Shown here piece after piece: positions 9,217-17,792 of a stretch of DNA of 32,000 bases. The stretch covers positions 30,001 to 62,000 of the forward strand of contig NZ_PQWO01000004.1 of assembly GCF_003231495.1 (NCBI RefSeq). Reading direction: 5' to 3'. The translations under genes were made by a program, and so were the position numbers. Every line of letters starts with the position of its first letter. The first letter of the stretch is position 1. The notes beneath the pieces were generated by a model. The model was not told the DNA's origin and did not search any database. It saw only the letters and a list, made by a program, of their open reading frames with translations. The stretch is from Acaryochloris thomasi RCC1774 (GTDB taxonomy: Bacteria > Cyanobacteriota > Cyanobacteriia > Thermosynechococcales > Thermosynechococcaceae).

Positions 9217-9555
9217 TTATTAGATGACCTGGATAACGAGTGTATCCAAGAGGTTTTGTTGCAAGAAATCATGGAGAGAGAGGGGCCGATTTGGGCTGCG
9301 AATATCATCCTCAAAATGCCCAGAACTGAACCTTGCCCAAAATTGCATCTTTAACTTAGCCACAAGTTAGCCCTTCTCAGCCCTGAAGGTAGCCATCTGC
9401 AGAGTCTAATCAAATTAGTCGAGGGCAGTTGATATTGACGAGCCTGGATTTTTCATCCGGTGCCAAGTCTTGGACCCGAACGGCAAATTAACCCCAGAAG
9501 CAATGCCGATGGGGTTTGAATTATCCACAAATTGATTCTAGAGAAGGAATTTATC

Positions 9556-10875
9556 ATGGTGACATTTCAAGATGTAGCTAACTTCGATGTGGGAAATGCC
9601 CCAGAGAACATCGCCATCGGGGATGTTAATGGAGATGGCAACTTCGATCTGGTGACTAACTTACGAAACGATGAACAACCCTTGCAAGGTGCAATGCTGC
9701 TGGCCCGTGCGATCGAAGAGGCGCGTGACATCATGTTTAGTGCACCATGGCTCCTCTATAGCCCGACCCCGCTATACGAAAAGGCGGCCGCCGAGCGACA
9801 GCTTAAGCATCAAATTTCAGCCGCCCTCGACCAGGGGTTCATCGTCCACGACCCTCTCCACCCTGAGTTTCGTAGTCTGAACCAACACAACCAGTACGGT
9901 CTGTTCAATCCCGACAACCGATATCATATCGCGACCATCTCAACGCCAGGCACCTACGTCATCCGCGGTAAGCGAGGAACCAGTGCTGACTTTCAAATCC
10001 AGGTAGGCACCGGACGCCCTGGCTTCAATGAAAACCTGACGAGCCCAATAACGTTGAGTCAGCTTTCCCTCGAAGATCTGATCGTCGATGACGATGGGAA
10101 CTTCGAGATCGTGATCAGTGACACGAAAACAGGTGACAACTGGCTTAGCAACACCAAAGATGGGCTTCAAGCAACAAACATCTTGATTCGAGAGAGCTTT
10201 ATGGACTGGGAGAAGGAGATGAGCGGCACCTGGTACATCGAACGCAGCGACACACGAGGCAAACCCAAGCCGTTGCCCAACCCCGAACTCGTGAACGACC
10301 AATACACGCGAGCATCCGAGTACCTTGTCGGCTCAGTCAGAGGCTGGGTCAAATTCGTCGACGGCCTTAGAGCCAACCTTGCCGTCAACAGACTGAGTCC
10401 ACCAAGAGGGACTGACGCTGGTTTACCGGGACAACGGAACTCGGCGGGCCACTTTCCCATCCAGCGAGGCAAAGCAATCATCATCACCGTGCCCGACTCG
10501 AAGGCAAGGTACCAGTCAATCCAAATTGGTGACCTATGGTTCAATGGCCTGGACTATTGTCACCGCCAGACGAGTCTTACGAGGTCGCAAGCACGACAGA
10601 GCTGCGATGGTAACTACAGATTTGTAATCAGTACCGAAGACCCTGGCATTGCCAACTGGTTAGACCCAGCAGGCGCGTCGACCGCGTTTGCGTTTCTTCG
10701 ATGGCAAGGGCTCCCAGAGGATTATAAGTTTCCTAAGAACCCCTCTGTAGAAGTGGTCGATTTTGACCAACTTCGCGACTGTCTCCCAAACGAGTCTTAC
10801 TTCAGCCCGGAGGCTCGAGTAGAGCAGCTAGCCGCTAGGCAAGCGTCTTCGTTGACGAGCCCGCGCGGCTTCTAG
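9556..10875 (+). CDS. DUF1214-like protein with an N-terminal FG-GAP-repeat-like fragment
   Basis: The ORF opens with TTG at 9532. The ATG at 9556 follows GAGAAGGA (9541-9548), a Shine-Dalgarno-like sequence. Two modules, DDDGNFEIVISDTKTGDNWLSNT and CDGNYRFVISTEDPGIANWLDPAG...FLRW, resemble the recurrent DGS..I.IS...PG..NWL motif of DUF1214 proteins. N-terminal FDVGNAPENIAIGDVNGDGNFDLVT resembles one FG-GAP/VCBS repeat. Confidence 0.55.
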   Translation: MVTFQDVANFDVGNAPENIAIGDVNGDGNFDLVTNLRNDEQPLQGAMLLARAIEEARDIMFSAPWLLYSPTPLYEKAAAERQLKHQISAALDQGFIVHDPLHPEFRSLNQHNQYGLFNPDNRYHIATISTPGTYVIRGKRGTSADFQIQVGTGRPGFNENLTSPITLSQLSLEDLIVDDDGNFEIVISDTKTGDNWLSNTKDGLQATNILIRESFMDWEKEMSGTWYIERSDTRGKPKPLPNPELVNDQYTRASEYLVGSVRGWVKFVDGLRANLAVNRLSPPRGTDAGLPGQRNSAGHFPIQRGKAIIITVPDSKARYQSIQIGDLWFNGLDYCHRQTSLTRSQARQSCDGNYRFVISTEDPGIANWLDPAGASTAFAFLRWQGLPEDYKFPKNPSVEVVDFDQLRDCLPNESYFSPEARVEQLAARQASSLTSPRGF

Positions 10876-11236
10876 CAGACGATTCGCACTATGCCTGTTC
10901 CGGTAGTTTTATCGGTCAACTGGTTGCGGGTTTCCAATACTGATACCAATTACCTAGGGAAATGACCTATATTTAATCCCAGAATTTTTGTGAAATGGTC
11001 ATTCTCAAAAATGATCTAGTTCATTTTCTGTGGTAGTTGGTATTAAGCACGGCTGTTTTAGAGTCGGATGGACCTTTGTCGGGTTCCCCGTACCTCTTGA
11101 AATTCTGCTAGTCCTTTGGCAAGCGTCAGTATTAACGATTGATCCTGTTGCTGGCCAATACATGAGTACAGATGGTCAGTTCTTCCAACACTCTGGATAG
11201 AAAGTGATCAAGGCTATGGGGTACCCCTGTTCGCTG

Positions 11237-11707
11237 TTAGTTATAGGGGTTGACTAACTTGAGGTCATTCACACTCATTTTATTGTTTGAGATTGCTTCT
11301 GAGAGCTGTTCAGAACTACAGCCTCCAACGATTCCACCGCCAAAAAGAATGTCATCGCCATCTGTACCGTAGATCCCTTTGCTATCGGTCGGCAGCTTAA
11401 TCAAGTAGTGTTTGCTTGAGAATAAAAGTAAGGCACCGGCATTGGGATATTCATATTTTCCTGGTGCTAACTGCATGATTGCTGTTGCTGCCCTTTTGCC
11501 ATCAAACTGAAAGCCGGGCTTCGGCTTATTCGTGCTTTTGGCACAAAAATCATCAACATCAAGCTTTCCAACGCTTCTCTGCTTGCTACTATCAGCCTCA
11601 TTTGAACGAGGTCTAGGTTCTGCCTGAACCCTCAATGTCATCCCAAAAAGGGGACTCAATACTGATACTCCGAACAAAGTCATGTATAAGATATTACAAA
11701 TTTTCAT
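11237..11707 (-). CDS. Secreted hypothetical protein
   Basis: 156-aa ORF in an AT-richer stretch. It has an N-terminal signal-peptide-like segment (LFGVSVLSPLFGMTLRVQA-EP) and one GTDGDDILFGGG motif reminiscent of a calcium-binding repeat. No family assignment. Confidence 0.5.
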   Translation of the reverse strand: MKICNILYMTLFGVSVLSPLFGMTLRVQAEPRPRSNEADSSKQRSVGKLDVDDFCAKSTNKPKPGFQFDGKRAATAIMQLAPGKYEYPNAGALLLFSSKHYLIKLPTDSKGIYGTDGDDILFGGGIVGGCSSEQLSEAISNNKMSVNDLKLVNPYN

Positions 11708-11806
11708 GGGTCACCCTTTATCTAAGATTGCGGTTGAATTGCGTAAATCTTAAGACCGGATCAAGACCAAACGTTGGCCATTCCCAAAAGTGAAACCACA
11801 TCTTGT

Positions 11807-11848
11807 CCAGCGCTCTAAGGCAGTAGAGGCGCTGCCTTAGAGCGCTGG
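11807..11848. repeat. Perfect 17-bp inverted repeat (stem-loop) between the M48 gene and the next gene
   Basis: CCAGCGCTCTAAGGCAG (11807-11823), loop TAGAGGCG, CTGCCTTAGAGCGCTGG (11832-11848). It lies ~130 nt downstream of the M48 stop. No U-tract follows on either strand, so it is not a canonical intrinsic terminator. Confidence 0.6.
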
Positions 11849-11977
11849 GCGATCAATAGGGACTTAAATCAAGACTCTTGTGAACACTTCAGAGAGGCTC
11901 AACTGCGAGCGATAGGGCTTGGCTTGGCCGTCATAGGGGCGTTGAACGGTGGCATCAGGAACACTCTCGAAGGCGCG

Positions 11978-13876
11978 TTAGTGATGGTAGACCAATGCAC
12001 CTGAGACTTGTTTCAGGCGTTTCCATGGCTCTCCCTGATCGAGAAAACGCAGCGTGTAGCTGCGTGAAAACGCGATCTCAGACTGGATCAGCATGCTCAG
12101 CTTGTGATCGGTTCGGTACTCTTTACCCATGCCCTGATAAGAACGTCTTGCGATCGCAAAAACGTAGTATGGATGCTCAGGAAAGCGTTCAACTACTTTG
12201 CGAACGATATACACTGACTTCACTTCTCGAAAGTCCGACAGACTCTCGACTAGCTGTCGGACTTCTGATATGGGTAGGTCGTGGGGCACAAACTGCGTTT
12301 TAGCATCAAATTCAGCCCGCTCTGTCCGCGCGGGTCGCCAGACGTTCTCATGCGCTTGCCACCGCTGCTTACAATCTTCAGCCTCAGGCCCCCGATCTTG
12401 TTTCAGATAGAAGGGATACAGTTGCTGACAGGCAGAAATCAACAGAGATGGGTCGCGATCAGCCACAAACTCTAAGTGGGGTATGCCTGCTTCATTGCCC
12501 TGTTCAGATAATAGAAATCCAACCCAGTAGCGCACAACCGTATCTTCTGGTTCCTGTTCCAAAATCGCTTGAAACAGCGGCAGTGCAGCCTGTGGATCCT
12601 GTAAAGTCCAGATCAATGAAGCCTGCTTTATCTTTTCTTCAATCGTGAGCAGGTGTTCAGATTTGTTGCTTAAGCGATTGAGACAGTCAAGCTGGCGTTG
12701 ATGACAGTCGTACTTGTCCTGCCAGTTCTTAGTTTCTTCTGTCTGCCAGAGCTGATCAAGTTGCTTTGCAAAGTCGTTTGTCCGATCTCCCAGTAGAGCT
12801 GTCGCTCTTTCTGTGGGGGGATAGAGCGGCGTTTCAACGGTGTAACCCAGCGCTTCAATCCGCTCCGTAAGACAGGGGTGAGTGGATGCATTGGTGGTTT
12901 GACGCGCCAGACTCAGAGCCAGCCAGTCATGACTTTGCTCTAATGTCATTCCCCTCCGTAATTTTGCAAGGAGCTGGGAAACAAAATTGTCGGGTGGGTC
13001 GATCAGTGTCAACGTTCGTCTTTGAAAGTCAGGCCAAAATTCTTTAGTCACAAACAGACCATTAACATAGAGCCAGATCAGAGCCTCCGCTTTGTGTTGA
13101 ACGCCCGTAAGGTTAGCAGCCAGTCGATCGGCTTCATATTCTTGCGATCGCGCATGAACAAAGGAATAGGCTTTGAAGTAAGGGCCGTACCAGCTAAAAA
13201 ATTGATGAAATAAGAAGCCACCACTGCTATTTTTTCCAAAGCGTTCTGCCAACTCATACCAAGTGTGGCGAATCCGATAGATCCAGGCAGAGACCCGACC
13301 ATCTCCCCCCCGCAAATGAGCCAGCTCGTGGGCAATCACAGCTTTGCACTGCTCTGGCGACAATGCCTGCATCAGCGGTAAGCCAATCAACAGATAGTTG
13401 GTATGCCACCCGATCAGGCCAAGCCAAGGGCGCTGCATAACGGCAGCATTGAGATCATCATCAAGAATGATTTTGTTGATACGCGGGGCTTTGAGCGCTG
13501 ATGTTAGCTCATCAATCACTGCAAACAAGGCAGGTGCCAGCTTTCGGGTTAGGGTAATTCCCGGAGGAGGCTTCGCCTTGACCACAAACAGATTCACCAA
13601 ACCCGCAAAAATCAGGAGGGCGACCCACTTAATCTGACCGACAAATTCATAGCTCTGGCTCTCGATTAAGAGTTGTCTCAGTCCCCATAAAGCAGCGAAG
13701 AGTAGGGAAAAAACGGTCAGGATATAACCGTAACCAAGGCAAGCGAGAAGCTTTAAGCGGCTGCGATAATAAACTGGATTGCGGCGAGCAACAACCTCTA
13801 TCTTCTGCACGAGTGCATCAAAATCTTCGGGGGTTGAAATCTTTTGTTTGTGGAGCCGAGTCAACCAGCGATTCAT
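11978..13876 (-). CDS. M48-family zinc metallopeptidase: membrane-embedded N-terminal half, TPR-like C-terminal half
   Basis: 632-aa ORF. The HEXXH motif sits in AVIAHELAHLRGGD. Hydrophobic helices flank the catalytic region. The C-terminal segment is helical-repeat-like. Confidence 0.8.
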   Translation of the reverse strand: MNRWLTRLHKQKISTPEDFDALVQKIEVVARRNPVYYRSRLKLLACLGYGYILTVFSLLFAALWGLRQLLIESQSYEFVGQIKWVALLIFAGLVNLFVVKAKPPPGITLTRKLAPALFAVIDELTSALKAPRINKIILDDDLNAAVMQRPWLGLIGWHTNYLLIGLPLMQALSPEQCKAVIAHELAHLRGGDGRVSAWIYRIRHTWYELAERFGKNSSGGFLFHQFFSWYGPYFKAYSFVHARSQEYEADRLAANLTGVQHKAEALIWLYVNGLFVTKEFWPDFQRRTLTLIDPPDNFVSQLLAKLRRGMTLEQSHDWLALSLARQTTNASTHPCLTERIEALGYTVETPLYPPTERATALLGDRTNDFAKQLDQLWQTEETKNWQDKYDCHQRQLDCLNRLSNKSEHLLTIEEKIKQASLIWTLQDPQAALPLFQAILEQEPEDTVVRYWVGFLLSEQGNEAGIPHLEFVADRDPSLLISACQQLYPFYLKQDRGPEAEDCKQRWQAHENVWRPARTERAEFDAKTQFVPHDLPISEVRQLVESLSDFREVKSVYIVRKVVERFPEHPYYVFAIARRSYQGMGKEYRTDHKLSMLIQSEIAFSRSYTLRFLDQGEPWKRLKQVSGALVYHH

Positions 13877-14039
13877 TGTATTTTGTAAGGAGTCTTCCTA
13901 ATCATGAGGGTGCCCCAACCCGTTGGACGTGGTGCAATAAGGACAAGCGATTTCATTAGTCCTAACCCTACACCATCGCAACTAGAAGGACTATTTTGGA
14001 GTATATTGCCTGCAGATCCGCAGGATAGTGAGGTGACCC

Positions 14040-15251
14040 ATGCAACACCTAAAGCTATTTAGTCGAAGCGACCGTAAACCGACACGCGCTCGGCAGCTTC
14101 GTCTAACGGATCAGTACTGGCAGCGTCTGGGAGAACTGGCTGAGGCAAGGCAGCTCGATCGAGCGGCTTATCTGGAACATTATGTCGATGACTTGGAACA
14201 GGCAAAAGAGGAGCTAAGATACCTCGTTGCTGGGATGCAGGATATGGCAGTCCAGGATCAGGAATATATCAAAGAGCTGACAGGCGAACTCGAACAGCTC
14301 GAGTATGACAACACGAGGCTCCAGCAGCAGACTCAGCAGTTTGATACCGAGAAACCTGCCCTGCAGCAGCAGATTCAGCAGCTCAATGCAGAGAAAGCTG
14401 TATTACAGCAGCAGATTCAGCAGCTCAATGCAGAGACAACTACACTGCAGCAAAAGATTCAGCAGCTAGATGCAGAGAAAGCAGCGCAGCTCGTTCAGCA
14501 GCTTGATGTCGAGGAGGCTACGCTGCAACTGCCTGATCCTGTGGAGACGGAGCCACAAGCGGGAGCTTCACGCACAGCTTTGCTCAAGAAGTCCCTCGGC
14601 TTGTTATTGAGCCTAGCCATCCTGTTCCTCATTGGTGGGTTTACTCTGCCCAGCACTGTACATGTCGAGCGCAGTATTTACATTGATTCAACTCCGGTAG
14701 ATGTTTTTCCCCTTGTGGGTGATTTAGCGGAGTGGCCGAAGTGGTCCCCTTGGGCTGAGATGGATCCTGATATGGAGATGACGGTTACCGGCTCAGGGAA
14801 GGGGCAACGATTGAAGTGGCACAGCGATGATCCGAGAGTGGGTAATGGCACTCAGGAGCTAACGATCTTTGCACCCCCTACCTATGTGAAATCCCACCTA
14901 GACTTTGGTGATCAGGGGGGCGCCGATGCGACGTTTCTGTTAGAAGCTGAGGAAGAAGGCTCTCGGGTCTCTTGGGCGCTTGATACTGATATGAGAGAGG
15001 GTGTCCCGCTCCTTAAACAACCCATCAGTACCTATTTTCAGTTTTTTATGGATGACATGATCGGGAAGGACTACGAAATCGGTCTGAGCCACCTCAAAGT
15101 CCTTGCAGAACAAGAGATCCCCCAATATAAAAACTTTTTCGAATGGGCGCCTTTACCATTGCGCCGTAATGCAGATCAAGAGCAGTCTACACCCTCTTTA
15201 GAGTCTTACATTCAAAGAGTATTGGATTGGAGCGGTGTCGCGGCGGATTAG
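14040..15251 (+). CDS. Multidomain protein: RHH-like N-terminus, Gln-rich coiled coil with 14-aa repeats, one TM helix, C-terminal SRPBCC (polyketide cyclase/START-like) domain
   Basis: 403-aa ORF with ATG at 14040 preceded by GAGG. N-terminal RQLRLTDQYWQRLGELAEARQLDRAAYLEHYV resembles a ribbon-helix-helix strand-helix-helix unit. Repeats read LQQQIQQLNAEKAV. TM segment is LGLLLSLAILFLIGGFTL. VERSIYIDSTPVDVFPLVGDLAEWPKWSPW is typical of SRPBCC proteins. Confidence 0.75.
   Translation: MQHLKLFSRSDRKPTRARQLRLTDQYWQRLGELAEARQLDRAAYLEHYVDDLEQAKEELRYLVAGMQDMAVQDQEYIKELTGELEQLEYDNTRLQQQTQQFDTEKPALQQQIQQLNAEKAVLQQQIQQLNAETTTLQQKIQQLDAEKAAQLVQQLDVEEATLQLPDPVETEPQAGASRTALLKKSLGLLLSLAILFLIGGFTLPSTVHVERSIYIDSTPVDVFPLVGDLAEWPKWSPWAEMDPDMEMTVTGSGKGQRLKWHSDDPRVGNGTQELTIFAPPTYVKSHLDFGDQGGADATFLLEAEEEGSRVSWALDTDMREGVPLLKQPISTYFQFFMDDMIGKDYEIGLSHLKVLAEQEIPQYKNFFEWAPLPLRRNADQEQSTPSLESYIQRVLDWSGVAAD
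14319..14528 (+). repeat. In-frame tandem repeat, about five units of 42 nt (14 aa), encoding the coiled coil
   Basis: Units start at 14319, 14361, 14403, 14445 and 14487 (the last is degenerate). The core is CAGCAGCAGATTCAGCAGCTCAATGCAGAGAAAGC. Translated units are LQQQTQQFDTEKPA, LQQQIQQLNAEKAV, LQQQIQQLNAETTT and LQQKIQQLDAEKAA. Confidence 0.85.
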
Positions 15252-15253
15252 GT

Positions 15254-16036
15254 CTATGACAACGATTCGCGGGCTTGCTCTGCAGGGCAGCCCGGTTTCC
15301 GTTTAGCGTCTAAATATTCTCCAATAATCTGATCATATTTGGCTTTGCCGAAGGTGCGATAGTGTCCTGGATAGACGGTCTCAACTGACAGCTTTTGCAA
15401 TCGCTCATAGCTGGCAATGTAGGTCGAAATATCGCTGCAGTGCAGTCCATCTAGCAGTTCGCCGTCATAAATGACATCCCCTGAAAAGATCTCTCTGGAC
15501 CGTGGATCGTACAGAGCAATACAGCCGTGGGAGTGACCAGGTAGGTGCATCACCTCAAAGGCACGGTTGCCCAAATCTAGAACATCGCCTTCATTCAAAA
15601 TCTGGGTTGGCTCTGCTGCCCGCAGGGTGTACTGCGAGACGGTAAATCCTGGATAGGGGGCTTGTTCAAAGTGTTCGGGTAAAACCCAGCCCTGCCTCGG
15701 AGTGCAGAGCGCTTCATAATTATCACCATGGCATAGGGCGCTGGCTTCTGCTTGATGAATTGCCCGCCGGTTAAATTCCACCATGCCGCCTGCGTGGTCA
15801 AAATGGATGTGAGACGCTATTGCCAGCAGTGGTTTATCTATAAGAGTGGTTAGATAATGACGCAGACTGGCGACGCCTAGCCCTGTATCAATCAATAGAT
15901 CTTGAGTTTGCCCTTTAATGAGCCAGAGATTGGCGCGATTCCACCAGAAGTAGTGTGGTTCTGTAATCAGATAGAGATCATCACTGATGCGCTCTGTTGT
16001 AAACCAACGGTCATTAATAGCGATGGGCGTTGACAT
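15254..16036 (-). CDS. MBL-fold metallo-hydrolase
   Basis: 260-aa ORF. The metallo-beta-lactamase motif HxHxDH occurs in ASHIHFDHAGG, and a downstream HLPGHSHG is present. The gene begins 12 nt after the binding-protein gene, so the two are probably co-transcribed. Confidence 0.85.
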   Translation of the reverse strand: MSTPIAINDRWFTTERISDDLYLITEPHYFWWNRANLWLIKGQTQDLLIDTGLGVASLRHYLTTLIDKPLLAIASHIHFDHAGGMVEFNRRAIHQAEASALCHGDNYEALCTPRQGWVLPEHFEQAPYPGFTVSQYTLRAAEPTQILNEGDVLDLGNRAFEVMHLPGHSHGCIALYDPRSREIFSGDVIYDGELLDGLHCSDISTYIASYERLQKLSVETVYPGHYRTFGKAKYDQIIGEYLDAKRKPGCPAEQARESLS

Positions 16037-16048
16037 AGGCCGCTGTGC

Positions 16049-17662
16049 TTAGATCCCGTACTTCTCTCTCTGATCTTCAATATAGGCGGTTGCATTGCTG
16101 GGGTCTAAGGTATCAAACTTCAGCTTCTCGATGCGGGTTGCTTCAGTCGGTGCTTCTGCCCCTAGCTCTTCTGCCAGTTCACGGGCTAAATCAGTGAGAA
16201 AAACTTCTTCGCCAATTTCGTCATATTTGGCTTGCTCTGGGGGCATGTAGTTCCAGCGGACTAGCTGGGTTGAGATCCAAGTGGCGAAGCTTTTCCAAGG
16301 ATAAGGGTCAAAGTTGATTCGATCGGGGATATCTAAGGTGTTGCCCTGGCCGTCTTCAAACTTGCCGGTCATCACAGCCTCTAAAACATCGACGGGCTGA
16401 TTCAGGTATTCGCGGGGTGCGATCGCATTTGCAACCTCTTTCCGGTTTTCGGCTTTATTGGCGTAGGTGGCTCCATCAATAATGGCTTTATTCAAAGCTC
16501 TAAACGAGTTGGGATGCTCATCAATCCAGGCTTGGGAGGCCGTGAAGGCGCAGCAGGGATGACCTGCCCACAGGTCTTTGGTCAATATGTGTATAAAACC
16601 GATGTCATCCTTGACGACCCGCTGGGTAAAGTTATCCGGCAGGATGAAGGCGTCGATTTGATCTGATTTCATTTTTGCGATCGCATCTGGCGGCGGCAGC
16701 ACGATCAGCTTGACATCCTTATCTGGATTGACGCCTCCGGTGGCGAGGTAGTAGCGCAAAATCAGATTGTGATTGGAGTAGTCGTAGGGAATGCCAATGG
16801 TCATCCCCTTGAAGTCAGAAGGACCGTTGATTTTGCCCAGATACTTTTTGGCAACGGCTATCCCCTGACCGTTGTTGTTTTCGATGCTGGCGAGCTTAGT
16901 GGCAAAGGCAGTGGAACCCAGCCCCAGAGACATGGCGATCGGCATGGGGGCCAACATGTGGGATGCATCCAGTTCCCCCGCGATCACGGCATCGCGGACC
17001 ACGGACCATCCGGCATATTTTCTCAAGGTCACGTTGAGGCCATATTTTTCATAGAAGCCCAAGGGCTTGGACATAATGATCGGGCTGGCACAGGTGATCG
17101 GCAAGAAGGCAATGCTCAGGTCTGTTTTTTCGAGTGCGCCCGTGATGGGTTTGTCTGCTTCTGTCTCGGCGGAATCGGGCTGATTGCTGCAGTTGGCGAG
17201 GGAGACGAGGGCGGCACCGACGGCGATATTGCGTAAGAACTTGCGCCGCGTGAACCCGCCAGAGCGTTGGGCATCGGTGAAAAACTCTCCAGATTTGGGA
17301 CCAAAGGCGGCTGCAAAAGCTTCATCGAGTCCACCTGCGAGTTGAATGAGTTCGTTGACAAGCCGCTCTCGTTTGGGGCTGCCTTGGGAGGCCATTTTCA
17401 CGAACAGTGCCGTTCGCATTTCGGCTTGGGTAATGGTGTTTGCGACTTCAAGGGCCTCGGGCCTGTAGTAGCGCATCTTGATCAGGTCATCGATCAATTC
17501 AGACGGCTGCTGGGGCATATCGGCCATGTACTTCCAATGATCTTGCGAGGGATGGAAGCCACCACAGAATTGGCACTGAATGTCTAGCTCTGCCAACTCT
17601 CCTCGCTGCACTGAGAGCTGCTCCCAAGAGGACTTGGATGAGATCGATGAGACTTGGAGCAT
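16049..17662 (-). CDS. NrtA/CmpA-like (NMT1/SsuA-fold) ABC-transporter substrate-binding lipoprotein with a Tat-type signal and a long N-terminal extension
   Basis: 537-aa ORF. LSIAFLPITCASPIIMSKPLGFYEKYGLNVTLRKYAGWSVVRDAVIAGELDASHMLAPMPIAMSLGLGS closely follows the NrtA/CmpA core. A twin-arginine motif plus lipobox (FTRRKFLRNIAVGAALVSLANCS) starts only at residue ~137. The true start is uncertain (17662, or internal ATGs such as 17395). Confidence 0.8.
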   Translation of the reverse strand: MLQVSSISSKSSWEQLSVQRGELAELDIQCQFCGGFHPSQDHWKYMADMPQQPSELIDDLIKMRYYRPEALEVANTITQAEMRTALFVKMASQGSPKRERLVNELIQLAGGLDEAFAAAFGPKSGEFFTDAQRSGGFTRRKFLRNIAVGAALVSLANCSNQPDSAETEADKPITGALEKTDLSIAFLPITCASPIIMSKPLGFYEKYGLNVTLRKYAGWSVVRDAVIAGELDASHMLAPMPIAMSLGLGSTAFATKLASIENNNGQGIAVAKKYLGKINGPSDFKGMTIGIPYDYSNHNLILRYYLATGGVNPDKDVKLIVLPPPDAIAKMKSDQIDAFILPDNFTQRVVKDDIGFIHILTKDLWAGHPCCAFTASQAWIDEHPNSFRALNKAIIDGATYANKAENRKEVANAIAPREYLNQPVDVLEAVMTGKFEDGQGNTLDIPDRINFDPYPWKSFATWISTQLVRWNYMPPEQAKYDEIGEEVFLTDLARELAEELGAEAPTEATRIEKLKFDTLDPSNATAYIEDQREKYGI

Positions 17663-17703
17663 GACGGTTTGGCCCTGCTAAGAGATAGATTTTCTTCTCT
17701 CAA

Positions 17704-17721
17704 TTAGAACGCTCATTCTAA
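17704..17721. promoter_or_regulatory. Palindromic candidate operator TTAGAA-CGCTCA-TTCTAA upstream of the binding-protein / MBL operon
   Basis: The 6-bp arms are perfect. The site lies 42-59 nt upstream of ATG 17662. It matches the site at 27775-27792 at 15 of 18 positions, next to the TetR gene. The gene-strand half-site TAGAAT resembles a -10 hexamer. Confidence 0.5.
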
Positions 17722-17792
17722 TCAGATTTTGTACTCACGGATACGATTCACCCGATGTACCTCATAGGGCAATTCTTGAGAGAGCAAGCTTT

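Noticed and set aside
10943-11043. Nested imperfect inverted repeats (ATACCAATTACC / GGTAGTTGGTAT with inner AATGACC / GGTCATT) downstream of the DUF1214-like gene, considered as an ncRNA or MITE
   Set aside because: The arms are short, one has a mismatch, and the region is AT-rich. I cannot exclude chance, and I saw no other copy in the window.
14319-14528. 42-nt tandem repeat considered as a possible CRISPR or VNTR array
   Set aside because: The units are contiguous with no spacers, are in frame, and encode a heptad-like Gln-rich coiled coil inside a CDS. This is not a CRISPR array.
16769-17587. Plus-strand ORFs of 155, 60 and 106 aa antisense to the binding-protein gene
   Set aside because: Their Gly/His/Asp-rich low-complexity translations oppose a gene with strong family motifs, so they are shadow ORFs.
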